Below, one piece after another: positions 10,023 to 20,063 of a stretch of 64,000 nucleotides of DNA. A program made the position numbers and the translations under genes. The stretch is from the NCBI GenBank assembly GCA_902496275.1, contig CABVAC010000006.1:19891-83890 (forward strand), given 5' to 3'. How positions within the stretch are numbered: position 1 is the first letter of the stretch; every line of letters starts with the position of its first letter. Under the pieces are notes generated by a model. The model saw only the letters and a list, made by a program, of their open reading frames with translations, made no database searches and was not told the origin of the DNA. Source of the DNA: an uncultured Collinsella sp. (GTDB lineage Bacteria > Actinomycetota > Coriobacteriia > Coriobacteriales > Coriobacteriaceae).

Positions 10023-10262
10023 CTATTCATCTTTAAGTCCAAAAAGGCTATCGGCTTCATCGTCGGATATATATTCCAGTACATCGCCCGGTTGGCAGTC
10101 GAGTGCCCGACATATCGCGTCAAGAGTTGAAAAACGTATGGCAGAAACCTTGCCCGTCTTAATGCGTGACATATTGACCTGGGAGATGCCCACGCGTTCC
10201 GCAAGCTCTTTGGATGAGATCTTGCGTTCGGCGAGCATGCGGTCAAGCCGCAGAATAATCAT
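10023..10262 (-). CDS. Cro/C1-type HTH regulator (YozG-like)
   Basis: ELAERVGISQVNMSRIKTGKVSAIRFSTLDAIC..LDCQPGD. Confidence 0.9.
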   Translation of the reverse strand: MIILRLDRMLAERKISSKELAERVGISQVNMSRIKTGKVSAIRFSTLDAICRALDCQPGDVLEYISDDEADSLFGLKDE

Positions 10263-10271
10263 GGATTCCTC

Positions 10272-10910
10272 CTAGAGCAACTCGTCATCTTGTTTTTGCA
10301 GGATATACCCGTAGCGGAAGATGCTGGCAATCAGGCAAATAATCAGGCCTGCAAAGAGCATGGAGGGCTCGAATAACTGGCCGGCGAACGCATCCGTAAA
10401 GCTGCCGCCAAATCCTAAGAGTATCATTCCCGTGATTACGGCACCAAGAAGCCTCACGGCAACGCCGCCGATAAGGAATAAATGTCCTACTCGACGAAGT
10501 GTCTGGTTACATTCAAGGTCAAAGGGCCTGCCTTCCTTTTCAATGTTGAAGAAAAGCCTGCGCACGCTTATCGCGATGGTAAGCGCGAGGCATGTCATCA
10601 AGAGGCTCCCTATGGCAGTGTGGCCATCGTGTGCGACGAGCATAAGTGGGGCCTGCGCATCGGTACCGACAATAGCCAGGCACGGCCCTTCGCCGGCTTG
10701 AAGTTCTACGGATTGGAGGCACGACCCTTGGGAGAGGCCGGGCAATATAAGTAGAAGGTCAATCGCAATGACTGCGAGGAGTCCCAGAGCGAGCGCTGTG
10801 GTAATGCAGATTGTGGCCCATTTGCAGATGCGAGCGAGCTTCCTCAGTTTGGCTATCGTCTGTTCGCGGCTGATGGTTTCATTCGATATAGATGCGTTTC
10901 GGTGGACCAT
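10272..10910 (-). CDS. DUF2975 family membrane protein
   Basis: PF....L, IFRYG..LQ...DE C-terminus; the usual partner of a YozG-like HTH gene; GGAGGG RBS. Confidence 0.8.
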   Translation of the reverse strand: MVHRNASISNETISREQTIAKLRKLARICKWATICITTALALGLLAVIAIDLLLILPGLSQGSCLQSVELQAGEGPCLAIVGTDAQAPLMLVAHDGHTAIGSLLMTCLALTIAISVRRLFFNIEKEGRPFDLECNQTLRRVGHLFLIGGVAVRLLGAVITGMILLGFGGSFTDAFAGQLFEPSMLFAGLIICLIASIFRYGYILQKQDDELL

Positions 10911-11484
10911 AACCCCTCCAATCGGCGTTTTGGATGATACTTGTATCATATCAAAATTAATGATAAACGATAAATAATTACGTATACTGAGTAAGTAATG
11001 ATTGAAAACGATTAGCGTGAGCTATTAGCTCATTTTGGATGCCGGAGTTTGGCGTTCGGGGGATGAGGACAAATGCCAAAAACTTCCCGTGATCGCGCAA
11101 GTGCTCCATCGCGCTTCCCTAATTCATCTGGGAAAACAACTGCAAACGATTGCAAGTAACCGGTGAACGGTCGAAAACTACCGTTCACCGATAATCTCAA
11201 AACTGGTTCTAACTGGTATTAAGTCAAAAAGACCAATTCACATATCTTCACAATGACCTGCAATTTTTCTTCACGCTATTTTTAGCCGCCCTGCGTTGTT
11301 TAGACACAGGAAAAGATCCGATCTTTTGCCAAAGCATTTCGAAACGGTTTCAAAACCGCAGGTAGAAGTGTTAACGACCGGTAAACGGTCGATTTATCAC
11401 CGTGAGCGGTGCAAAAACGTTTTACCGTATGAATCAAGGAAAGCGACCTCTTCTGGGGTGATATAGTGACAACAACACGTCACG

Positions 11485-11497
11485 TGGTTACTACCAG
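11485..11497. promoter_or_regulatory. Candidate GntR operator TGGTTACTACCAG (copy 1)
   Basis: Identical 13-mer upstream of agaS at 15778-15790. Confidence 0.6.
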
Positions 11498-11613
11498 TTT
11501 AGAAACCACTGGTCTTCAAAGAACGCTTTCCAAGAAGCTTTAAGGGCGAGCGCCCGCTGGCTTCCGAAAATCATCGGACTCAGATTGTACACACCTTCGG
11601 AAGGGAAATTTGA

Positions 11614-12057
11614 ATGGTTGGCTTTATTCTTACCGGTCATGGACAGTTCGCACCCGGCCTTGCAAGCGCTATCGCGATGGTTGCCGGCGACCAGCCTGCT
11701 TTTACCGTCGTTCCTTTTGAGGGCGACCAGGCCGCATCCTACGGTGAGGATCTCCGCGCCGCTATTACCGCCATGCGCGAGGAGTGCGATGGCGTGCTCG
11801 TCTTTACCGACCTGCTTGGCGGCACCCCGTTCAACCAGTCGATGATGATTGCCCAGGATGTCGACAACGTCGAGGTTCTGACTGGCACCAACCTTCCCAT
11901 GGTTATTGAGCTTCTGTTCCTCCGCGGCAATGCCACGCTCGCCGAGCTTGGCGAGCAGGCCGTGACCGTTGGCCAGACGGGCGTCACCGCCCAGACGGTC
12001 GCATCCGTTGCCGGCTCCGAGGAAGAGGATATCTTCGGCGACGAGGACGGCATCTAA
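11614..12057 (+). CDS. agaF: PTS mannose/GalNAc family EIIA
   Basis: TGHGQFA and TDLLGGTPFN motifs. Confidence 0.85.
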   Translation: MVGFILTGHGQFAPGLASAIAMVAGDQPAFTVVPFEGDQAASYGEDLRAAITAMREECDGVLVFTDLLGGTPFNQSMMIAQDVDNVEVLTGTNLPMVIELLFLRGNATLAELGEQAVTVGQTGVTAQTVASVAGSEEEDIFGDEDGI

Positions 12058-12338
12058 TGGCCGATTTCGGAGCCAACGTCCTGAGCTCCTCGGTCGCCCT
12101 TTTAGGCCTGCTTGTCATCATGGGCTTGATTTACACCATCTGGTCGCAAATCAACATGAAGAAGAAGCAGAAGTACTTCAAGGAGCTGCACACCGAGCTC
12201 AAGCCGGGTCAAGAGGTTCTTTTCGCCGGCGGTATCTACGGAACCGTCAAAGGCATCGAAGGCGAGAAGGTCCAGATCAAAGTCCGATCCGGAGCCGTCG
12301 TAGATGTTTCGCGTTACGCGATTCAGGAGATCAAGTAA
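12057..12338 (+). CDS. yajC: YajC-like preprotein translocase subunit
   Basis: N-terminal TM, LKPG.EV...GGIYGTV, V.R.AI. Confidence 0.8.
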   Translation: MADFGANVLSSSVALLGLLVIMGLIYTIWSQINMKKKQKYFKELHTELKPGQEVLFAGGIYGTVKGIEGEKVQIKVRSGAVVDVSRYAIQEIK

Positions 12339-12374
12339 CTGTCGTCAGCAAATAACGAAAGGAAGCTGATCAAC

Positions 12375-12857
12375 ATGGCAGAACCCAACATTCTTCTTAC
12401 CCGCATCGATAACCGACTGGTTCATGGTCAGGTTGCCACCCAGTGGAACTCCACCCTGGGCTCCAACCTCATCCTCGTCGCCAACGACGACGTGGCGTCC
12501 AACACCATGCGCCAGAACCTCATGAAGATGGCCGCTCCCGCCGGCGTCGCTACGCGTTTCTTCTCTCTGCAGAAGACCATCGACGTCATTGGCAAGGCGA
12601 GCCCGCGCCAGAAGATCTTCATCGTGGCCGAAACACCGGAAGACGTGCTTACGCTCGTCAAGGGCGGTGTGCCTATAAAGAAGGTAAACATCGGCAACAT
12701 GCACATGTCGGAAGGAAAGCGCCAAGTCGCCACCTCCGTCGCAGTTAACGACGAGGATGTCGCTGCGTTTAAAGAGCTGCAGGAATTGGGGGTGGAGTTG
12801 GAGATCAGGCGCGTTCCGAGCACGCCTGTTGAGGACACGAGCAAGCTCTTCTCGTAA
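12375..12857 (+). CDS. agaV: PTS GalNAc-specific EIIB
   Basis: RIDNRLVHGQV with phospho-His; VNIGNMH. Confidence 0.9.
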   Translation: MAEPNILLTRIDNRLVHGQVATQWNSTLGSNLILVANDDVASNTMRQNLMKMAAPAGVATRFFSLQKTIDVIGKASPRQKIFIVAETPEDVLTLVKGGVPIKKVNIGNMHMSEGKRQVATSVAVNDEDVAAFKELQELGVELEIRRVPSTPVEDTSKLFS

Positions 12858-12947
12858 TCCTCGTGATCCACGTTGTCAGGAGTGAAACCCTGACGTTCTG
12901 TACGTGAAATCCAAAGTGCGTACATACATTTTGAAAGGAGGAGCAAG

Positions 12948-13748
12948 ATGGAATACTCGATCATCCAGATCGCTCTGGTCTTCGTCGTCACGTTCATCGC
13001 GGCAATCGACCAGTTTGACTTCCTCGAGTCTCTCTATCAGCCCATCGTCACCGGCGCCGTCATCGGTCTTATCCTTGGCGACCTCAACACCGGTCTTCTC
13101 GTGGGTGGTACCTATCAGCTCATGACGATCGGCAACATGCCGATCGGAGGCGCTCAGCCGCCTAACGCCGTCATCGGCGGCATCATGGCAGCCATTCTCG
13201 CTATCGCCACGGGCCTCGAGCCCAACGCGGCAGTCGGCCTCGCCATTCCGTTCGCTCTGCTTGGCCAGCTTGGCGTTACCCTGGTCTTCACGCTTATGTC
13301 CCCGCTTATGTCCACGGCCGATAACATGGCTCACAACGCGGACACCAAGGGCATCGAGCGCCTGAACTACTTCGCCATGGCTCTGCTCGGCCTGATCTTC
13401 GCTGTCGTCGTCACCCTGTTCTTCATCGCTGGCGCTACCATCGGTCAGACCATCGCTTCTGCCATCCCGACTTGGCTGCAGACCGGTCTCTCCGCTGCAG
13501 GCGGCATGATGCGCTTCGTCGGCTTCGCCGTCCTGCTCAAGGTTATGATGAACCGCGATATGTGGGGCTTCTTCCTCATGGGCTTTGGCCTCGCGCTCAT
13601 CACCGTTGCCAACGATTCGCTGGCAACCCCTGCTCTGCTCATCCTCGCTCTCATCGGCTTCGGCATCGCTTTCTGGGACTTCCAGCAGCAGACCGAGCTG
13701 AAGGGTGCAGCTGTTTCTGACGGAGGTGACTTCGAAGATGGCATCTAA
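12948..13748 (+). CDS. PTS mannose/GalNAc family EIIC
   Basis: IGGAQPPN motif, multiple TMs. Confidence 0.9.
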   Translation: MEYSIIQIALVFVVTFIAAIDQFDFLESLYQPIVTGAVIGLILGDLNTGLLVGGTYQLMTIGNMPIGGAQPPNAVIGGIMAAILAIATGLEPNAAVGLAIPFALLGQLGVTLVFTLMSPLMSTADNMAHNADTKGIERLNYFAMALLGLIFAVVVTLFFIAGATIGQTIASAIPTWLQTGLSAAGGMMRFVGFAVLLKVMMNRDMWGFFLMGFGLALITVANDSLATPALLILALIGFGIAFWDFQQQTELKGAAVSDGGDFEDGI

Positions 13749-14820
13749 TGAGTATGTGATCCCGGAGCACTACGAGGATCTCACTCCTGCTCCGCAGCTC
13801 GACCAGAAGACCCTCAACAAGATGGCTTGGCGCTCCTGCTTCCTGCAGGCATCGTTCAACTACGAGCGCATGCAGGCCGCTGGCTGGCTTTACTCCATCA
13901 TCCCCGGTCTGGAGAAGATCCACACCAACAAGAACGACCTCGCGGCTTCCATGAGCCACAACCTGGAGTTCTTCAACACCCACCCGTTCCTCGTCACCTT
14001 TGTTATGGGCATCGTGCTTTCGCTCGAGCAGAACAAGGTTGACATCCCCACGATCCGCGCCGTCCGCGTCGCCGCAATGGGCCCGCTCGGTGGTATCGGT
14101 GACGCCCTGTTCTGGCTGACGCTCGTGCCTATCACGGCCGGCATCACCTCCAACATGGCCATCAACGGCAACGCCGCTGCACCGATCATCTTCCTGGTGA
14201 TCTTCAACGTCGTCCAGTTCGCTCTGCGCTTCTGGCTCATGAACTGGTCCTACAAGCTTGGCACCAGCGCTATTGACGCTCTGACCGCCAACATGCAGGC
14301 CTTCACGCGTGCCGCTTCCATCATGGGCGTCTTCGTCGTCGGTTGCCTGGTCGTCACCATGGGTGGCACCCAGATCAACCTCCAGATCCCCAACGGCACC
14401 ACCCGTGGCCTCTCCGCTACTACCGTGATCGTCTCCGAGAAGGAGGCCGAGAACTTCACCGGTATGGAGGGTATCGATACCGAGACCGCTGAGGCCGGTA
14501 CCATCGCCATGACCGATGAGGACGGCAACGCCCTCACCGCTTCCGATGCCGACGGCAACGCTGTCAAGTGCGGCGTCACCGATCTGGGCAACGGCATGGA
14601 GTCCGTTACCTACGGCACCGTTACCGAGGATCCGGTCAACTTCTCTGTTGCCGACACCCTCAACACCATCGTCCCGAAGCTCGTCCCGCTTATGCTTACG
14701 CTGCTGCTTTACTACATGTTCGCTAAGCACAGCTGGACCCCGACCAAGGGCATTCTCCTGCTCTTCGTCCTTGGCATCCTGGGCGCTGGCCCGCTTGGTC
14801 TCTGGCCGAGCATCTGGTAA
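13738..14820 (+). CDS. PTS mannose/GalNAc family EIID
   Basis: SFNYERMQ, FFNTHP and MGPLGGIGD motifs. Confidence 0.92.
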   Translation: MASNEYVIPEHYEDLTPAPQLDQKTLNKMAWRSCFLQASFNYERMQAAGWLYSIIPGLEKIHTNKNDLAASMSHNLEFFNTHPFLVTFVMGIVLSLEQNKVDIPTIRAVRVAAMGPLGGIGDALFWLTLVPITAGITSNMAINGNAAAPIIFLVIFNVVQFALRFWLMNWSYKLGTSAIDALTANMQAFTRAASIMGVFVVGCLVVTMGGTQINLQIPNGTTRGLSATTVIVSEKEAENFTGMEGIDTETAEAGTIAMTDEDGNALTASDADGNAVKCGVTDLGNGMESVTYGTVTEDPVNFSVADTLNTIVPKLVPLMLTLLLYYMFAKHSWTPTKGILLLFVLGILGAGPLGLWPSIW

Positions 14821-14886
14821 GGCTCTAGCTTGAGGGGTGTGTCCCTACGCGGCTCACACCCCGACCCCTTAAGCCATGTGTATGTT

Positions 14887-14920
14887 AAAAGCCGCGTGCT
14901 CGAAAGAGCGCGCGGCTTTT
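14887..14920 (+). terminator. Rho-independent (possibly bidirectional) terminator
   Basis: AAAAGCCGCGTGCTC-GAAA-GAGCGCGCGGCTTTT. Confidence 0.7.
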
Positions 14921-15005
14921 GTTTTCTTGTTGATTCGGGTGTGGCAGACAGATAATGCTAAACACCCTAGGTAGTTAGCCGAATTCGAGCAAAAGGGAGG
15001 ATAGG

Positions 15006-15737
15006 ATGGCGATCGGAGCGCGTAAGCAACCGCTGTACGATCAGCTGGTCGATATTCTGACCGAAAAGATTGACCATGAATATCGCGCCGGTGACATGAT
15101 TCCTTCCGAGCGCGAACTTTCGGAGCGCTATGGTCTCTCGCGCACTACGGTACGCCTGGCTCTGCAGGAACTGGAGCGTTTAGGACTGGTGGTTCGGCAG
15201 CACGGTCGCGGTACCTTTGTGACCGACCGTTCGGCAAAAGCAACCAATCTTATGCAGTCCTACAGCTTTACCGAGCAGATGCGCGCGATGGGTCGAGAAC
15301 CCGAGACCACGATTCTCGAGTTTTGCGAGATGGAGGCCGATAAGAATCTGGCCGAGCATATGGGATTGCGCATCGGTGATCGCATTTTTAAGCTCAAGCG
15401 CCTTCGTTCTGCCGACAACATGCCCATGATGGTCGAACGCAGCTATCTACCGGTTCGTCAATTTCTGTCCCTAAAGCGACCGCTGCTGGAGCGTAAGCCG
15501 CTTTACGATGTGATTGAGCAGGACTTTCAGCAAAAGATTCGCGTGGCCGAAGAGGAGTTCTATGCGAGCATAGCCCGTCCCACCGATGCCCACCTTTTGG
15601 GAATTGTCGAGGGCTCGCCTGTGCTCGATTTGGTCAGGACTACGTATAACGAGTCAAACGAGGTAGTGGAGTACACACTCTCGGTTGCTCGTGCCGATCA
15701 GTTTAAATACAAGGTTTACCACCAGCGCAGTAACTAG
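15006..15737 (+). CDS. GntR family (HutC/UTRA) regulator
   Basis: PSERELSERYGLSRTTVR HTH plus UTRA-like domain. Confidence 0.92.
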   Translation: MAIGARKQPLYDQLVDILTEKIDHEYRAGDMIPSERELSERYGLSRTTVRLALQELERLGLVVRQHGRGTFVTDRSAKATNLMQSYSFTEQMRAMGREPETTILEFCEMEADKNLAEHMGLRIGDRIFKLKRLRSADNMPMMVERSYLPVRQFLSLKRPLLERKPLYDVIEQDFQQKIRVAEEEFYASIARPTDAHLLGIVEGSPVLDLVRTTYNESNEVVEYTLSVARADQFKYKVYHQRSN

Positions 15738-15777
15738 TGCCCGCATCGTTTCCATATGGTGATTCTTTGCATTTAAC

Positions 15778-15790
15778 TGGTTACTACCAG
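15778..15790. promoter_or_regulatory. Candidate GntR operator TGGTTACTACCAG (copy 2)
   Basis: Upstream of TATAAT and agaS; identical to 11485-11497. Confidence 0.6.
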
Positions 15791-15851
15791 ATAACCAACC
15801 GAAGTGTATAATTGCACGTCAGAGGATTACTTCTAGAGAGAGGTATTAGAA

Positions 15852-17018
15852 ATGTTCGAGAAGAGTGTCGAGGAGCTCACCGAGCTCGGCGCCCAGATCA
15901 CCACGGCCGAGATTGCTCAGCAGCCCGAGCTTTGGCGTGATACGCTCAACATCTATCGCGAGAACAAGGAGGCCATCGAGGCCTTCCTGGCCGAGGCTCG
16001 CGCTATGGGCGAGGGTCGTCTGTCCGTTGTCTTCACCGGTGCCGGTACGTCCGACTACGTTGGCGATACCTGCGCCCCGTACCTGCGTCACGCTGGCAAC
16101 ACTGATCTCTACGACTTTAAGCCCATCGCCACGACCGACATCGTGAGCGCCCCGCGCGACTTCCTGCGCGCCGAGGATCCCACGCTCGTGGTTTCCTTTG
16201 CCCGCTCTGGCAACAGCCCCGAGAGCCTTGCCGCCGTTGCCGTTGCCAAGGAGCTCGTCCACAACGTCAAGTTCCTCAACATCACCTGCGCTCCCGAGGG
16301 CAAGCTCGCCGTCGAGTCCGCCGATGATCCCAATGCGCTGACGCTGCTCATCCCGCGCGCCAACGACAAGGGCTTCGCCATGACCGGTTCCTACACCTGC
16401 ATGACCCTGCTCTCCACCCTTATTTTCGACACTGCCTCTGACGAGCAGAAGGCCGAGTGGGTCGAGACGATTGCCAAGATGGGCGAGGAGGTCATCTCCC
16501 GTGAGCCTGAGATCGCCGATTACCTGGCTGGCGACTTCAACCGCGTGACCTACTTGGGTTCTGGCTCCTTCGGTGGCCTTGCCCAGGAGAGCCAGCTCAA
16601 GATCCTCGAGCTCGCTCACGGTCTGGTTGCTACTTCCTACGACACCTCCATGGGCTATCGTCACGGACCTAAGTCCTTCGTCGACGATAAGACGCTCGTC
16701 TTCGTGTTCGTCAACAACGACGCCTACACCCGTCAGTACGACATCGACATCCTCAACGAGATCGGTGGCGACAAGATTGCTCAGCACACCGTTGCCGTTC
16801 AGCAGGATGGCGCTACCGTCTACGAGGGCGAGTCCTTCACCTTTAAGGGCTACGAGGCGCTTCCCGAGGGCTACCTTGCCCTGCCGTTCGTGATGTTTGC
16901 CCAGGCTATCAGCCTGCTCAACTCCGTGCGCGTGGGCAACACGCCCGATACGCCGAGCCCCACCGGCACGGTCAACCGCGTGGTCAAGGGTGTGACGATT
17001 CACCCCTTCACCGCTTAA
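15852..17018 (+). CDS. agaS: Galactosamine-6-phosphate deaminase/isomerase (double SIS)
   Basis: EIAQQP, GAGTS, SFARSGNSPES, RHGPKS, PDTPSPTGTVNRVV. Confidence 0.92.
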   Translation: MFEKSVEELTELGAQITTAEIAQQPELWRDTLNIYRENKEAIEAFLAEARAMGEGRLSVVFTGAGTSDYVGDTCAPYLRHAGNTDLYDFKPIATTDIVSAPRDFLRAEDPTLVVSFARSGNSPESLAAVAVAKELVHNVKFLNITCAPEGKLAVESADDPNALTLLIPRANDKGFAMTGSYTCMTLLSTLIFDTASDEQKAEWVETIAKMGEEVISREPEIADYLAGDFNRVTYLGSGSFGGLAQESQLKILELAHGLVATSYDTSMGYRHGPKSFVDDKTLVFVFVNNDAYTRQYDIDILNEIGGDKIAQHTVAVQQDGATVYEGESFTFKGYEALPEGYLALPFVMFAQAISLLNSVRVGNTPDTPSPTGTVNRVVKGVTIHPFTA

Positions 17019-17136
17019 TCGCGTCCCCCTGTAAGGGCGCCCGTCCGCTCATAACGGCGGGCGGGCGCTTTTTGTTTTTACATGGACCGGGTATAAGCAT
17101 TACCACAGTCAACTGCTTTAGAAGCAAGGAGTGCAT

Positions 17137-18306
17137 ATGAGCACGTACGCAATTAAGGCTGACAAGTTCTTCTTGCCGGCAGGCCCGCAACTGGGCGGCT
17201 ATCTTATGGTCGAGGATGGCGTTTTTGGCGCCTGGCAGGCCGACGAGCCCTCTTGCGAGATTAAGGACTACACGGGATCGTGGATCGCACCGGGTATGGT
17301 CGATACTCACATCCATGGCTTCTATAACCACTCGACTACCGATAACGATCCCGAGGGCATTGATATCAGCTCGACCGAGCTCGCCCGTCGCGGTACCACC
17401 AGCTGGCTGCCCACGACGTTCACCGATGGCGTCGAGCAGATCAAGGATGCCTGCGCCGCCATCGCCCAGGCGGACGAGGGTCGCGGCCCCGACTTCTGCG
17501 GTGCTCGCATTCAGGGCATCTATCTGGAGGGCCCCTTCTTTACCATGAAGCACGTGGGCGCGCAGAACCCCGCTTATCTTATCGATCCCTCCGAGGAGGT
17601 CTTCGATCAGTGGCAGGAGGCTGCGGGCGGTCGCATCGTTAAGAGCGCCATGGCGGCCGAGCGCGACGGTGCCGCTGCTTATGCGGCTGCTCTGAACGCC
17701 AAGGGTGTGGTGACCAGCATCGGTCACTCCGACGCCACCTACGATGAGTGCATCGCCGCCATCAACGCCGGTGCCAGCTGCTTTACGCATACCTATAACG
17801 GCCAGCGCGGGCTGCATCACCGTGAGCCCGGTGTCGTGGGCGCTGCCATGTCCACGCCCGAGACCTACGCCGAGATCATCTGTGACGGTAAGCACGTAAA
17901 CCCTGCCGCCATCAAGGCGCTGCTGCAGGCAAAGGGCTGGCAGCACACGGTGCTCATCACCGACTGCCTGGGTTGCGGCGGCATGCCCGAGGGCAGCTAC
18001 ACCAGTGGTGGCATGGACGTCATCATGAAGGACAACCTGTGCTGGCTCGCCGACGGCAAGAGCATTGCCGGCTCGGTGCTCACGCTTGCCCAGGGCGTCA
18101 AGAACATCGTCGACTGGGGCATCGCCAGCGCCGATATCGCCATTCGCATGGCAACTGAGGTGCCGGCGCGCTCTGCACACATCGAGGATAAGTGCGGCAG
18201 CATCATGCCGGGTCGCGACGCCGACTTTGTCGTGTTCGACCATGAGCTCACCCTCGTCGAGACGTATGTTGGCGGCCAGAGCGTCGGCAACGCCTTTACC
18301 GAGTAA
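17137..18306 (+). CDS. nagA: N-acetylhexosamine-6-phosphate deacetylase
   Basis: PGMVDTHIHG, LEGPF, GHSDA, THTYNG, DG.HV motifs. Confidence 0.93.
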   Translation: MSTYAIKADKFFLPAGPQLGGYLMVEDGVFGAWQADEPSCEIKDYTGSWIAPGMVDTHIHGFYNHSTTDNDPEGIDISSTELARRGTTSWLPTTFTDGVEQIKDACAAIAQADEGRGPDFCGARIQGIYLEGPFFTMKHVGAQNPAYLIDPSEEVFDQWQEAAGGRIVKSAMAAERDGAAAYAAALNAKGVVTSIGHSDATYDECIAAINAGASCFTHTYNGQRGLHHREPGVVGAAMSTPETYAEIICDGKHVNPAAIKALLQAKGWQHTVLITDCLGCGGMPEGSYTSGGMDVIMKDNLCWLADGKSIAGSVLTLAQGVKNIVDWGIASADIAIRMATEVPARSAHIEDKCGSIMPGRDADFVVFDHELTLVETYVGGQSVGNAFTE

Positions 18307-18381
18307 CGATAGAAAAAGACGGCGGGCCCGAATCTGCTCGGACCCGCCGTATGGGTTAAACGCTCAAAAGCACCTTTACAG

Positions 18382-18966
18382 TTACAGCTTGTTAGCGATC
18401 TTCTTTGCCGTGCGCTTGACGCCGGCCACCAGACCTCCTGCAGGATGCTCCTTCTCGTAGGCTAGACGCTTCTCGCGCTTGGCATACTCTTCGACGATGA
18501 TGTCGCCGTACTCGTCTTCGATTTTGTTGAAGAAATCGACGGCTCCCTTAATCTCTTCGGCAGTTGGGTGCCCCTTCTGGACGCCGCCGGCGAGCTTGAA
18601 CGGTCCCCACGTATCAAAGCCGGGGCAGCCGTAGACACCCATAAAGATGGCCTGTCTCATGCGGCAGATGCCATCGATATCCTTGCCGTACCACTTGTTT
18701 TTGCCACCGTAGGTCATAAGGCCAAACACCTTGTCCTGCGGCTGCAGCACGTTCGTGAGCACGCGCGCCATATCTTTGTCGATCTCGGAGTAATAGATGC
18801 CCGTGGCGACGCCGATCAGATGATATTCGTGCAGGTCGGGGTACTCGTTTTTACCGAGTGACCTCACGTCGAGGGTATCGATTTCGGGGTGCGCCTCGAC
18901 GATGGCGTCCACGAGCTTTTTCGTATTGCCGTGGTGGCGTGAGGCATAAAGGATGATGGTTCGCAT
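18382..18966 (-). CDS. Flavodoxin family protein
   Basis: YASRHHGNTKKL and GFDT.GPFKL.GG..KGHP motifs. Confidence 0.85.
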   Translation of the reverse strand: MRTIILYASRHHGNTKKLVDAIVEAHPEIDTLDVRSLGKNEYPDLHEYHLIGVATGIYYSEIDKDMARVLTNVLQPQDKVFGLMTYGGKNKWYGKDIDGICRMRQAIFMGVYGCPGFDTWGPFKLAGGVQKGHPTAEEIKGAVDFFNKIEDEYGDIIVEEYAKREKRLAYEKEHPAGGLVAGVKRTAKKIANKL

Positions 18967-19122
18967 AAGAAGGCCTTTCAGCTGTAATTGCATCAATGTC
19001 TGTATGGTACCCCGTTGCATGGCTGGGAAACCGGACGCATCGATGAACGTGCGGGTTTGTCCTTTGGTCAGGGCCGAGACGGGTTCTTGCGAGCAAAAAG
19101 CAGTTGTTCGAAAGGATGGACA

Positions 19123-20004
19123 ATGGAATACGCTCTCTCCAACGATTCGATTTCTATCAAGGTCTCCACGGCCGGCGGCTCGTTTACCTCGATTGAGGCT
19201 GGAGGTCGCGAGTACTTGTGGCAGGGCGATCCCGCCGTGTGGTCCGGCCAGGCACCGATTTGCTTCCCGATTTGCGGAGGTTTGCGCGATAACAGCGCCA
19301 TGACGTTTGCCGGACATCATGTGAAGCTCGCCCGCCACGGCTTTGCGCGCAAGCAGGAGTGGAAGCTGTTGAGCCAAAGCACAAACGAGCTGGCTATGTG
19401 CCTGGCATCCGAGGATAACGCCGCGCTGCTGAGCGATTATCCGTATCCGTTTAAACTTGTCGCCCGCTATACGCTCGAGGACGCCGCCGTGCGTGTCTCC
19501 TATGAGGTTACCAACGAGGGCACCGAGGACATGCCTTTCTTTATCGGTGGACACCCCGGCTTTAGGTGTCCGCTCGACGAGGGCGAGGCCTATACGGACT
19601 ACGAGTTGCGTTTTGAGAAAGACGAGGCTGCGGAGCTCTGCACCGCCGTTCCCTCGACCGGATTGATTGACGTGACCAACCGCTCCAAGAACCCCATGGT
19701 GGGAAAGACGCTGCCTCTGTCACATGAGCTCTTCGATTTTGCGGAGACCATCTTTGACGTGCTCGAGAGCCGTCAGGTCACGCTTTCCAAAAAGGGCGAG
19801 GACAAGGGCGTTCGCCTGAGCTTTGAGGGCTTCCCGTACCTCATTGTGTGGGGCAAGCCCGAGGGTGATTTTGTGGCAGTTGAACCCTGGGGCGGCCTCT
19901 CGACCTGTTCCGATGAGGATGACGTGCTTGAGCACAAGCGCGGCTGCCTTATCGCCAAGCCCAAAGAAACCATCGTGCGCTCGTTCACAATCGAGATTCT
20001 GTAA
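19123..20004 (+). CDS. Aldose 1-epimerase family protein (LacX-like), copy 1
   Basis: EYLWQGDP..W.GQAP..FPI, RHGFAR, GGHPGF, VAVEPW. Confidence 0.88.
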   Translation: MEYALSNDSISIKVSTAGGSFTSIEAGGREYLWQGDPAVWSGQAPICFPICGGLRDNSAMTFAGHHVKLARHGFARKQEWKLLSQSTNELAMCLASEDNAALLSDYPYPFKLVARYTLEDAAVRVSYEVTNEGTEDMPFFIGGHPGFRCPLDEGEAYTDYELRFEKDEAAELCTAVPSTGLIDVTNRSKNPMVGKTLPLSHELFDFAETIFDVLESRQVTLSKKGEDKGVRLSFEGFPYLIVWGKPEGDFVAVEPWGGLSTCSDEDDVLEHKRGCLIAKPKETIVRSFTIEIL

Positions 20005-20063
20005 TTCCGTTTTGTCGACTCGTATCGCGAGGCACAAGGAGCCTGCGAGATAAGGAGCTAGAA

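Noticed and set aside
10950..11610. Long AT-rich intergenic region as a riboswitch or sRNA
   Set aside because: Explained by divergent promoters and operator-like motifs; no riboswitch consensus recognised
18967..19554. Upstream extension of the flavodoxin ORF
   Set aside because: Overlaps the lacX-like gene on the opposite strand; true start ATG 18966 with AAAGG RBS
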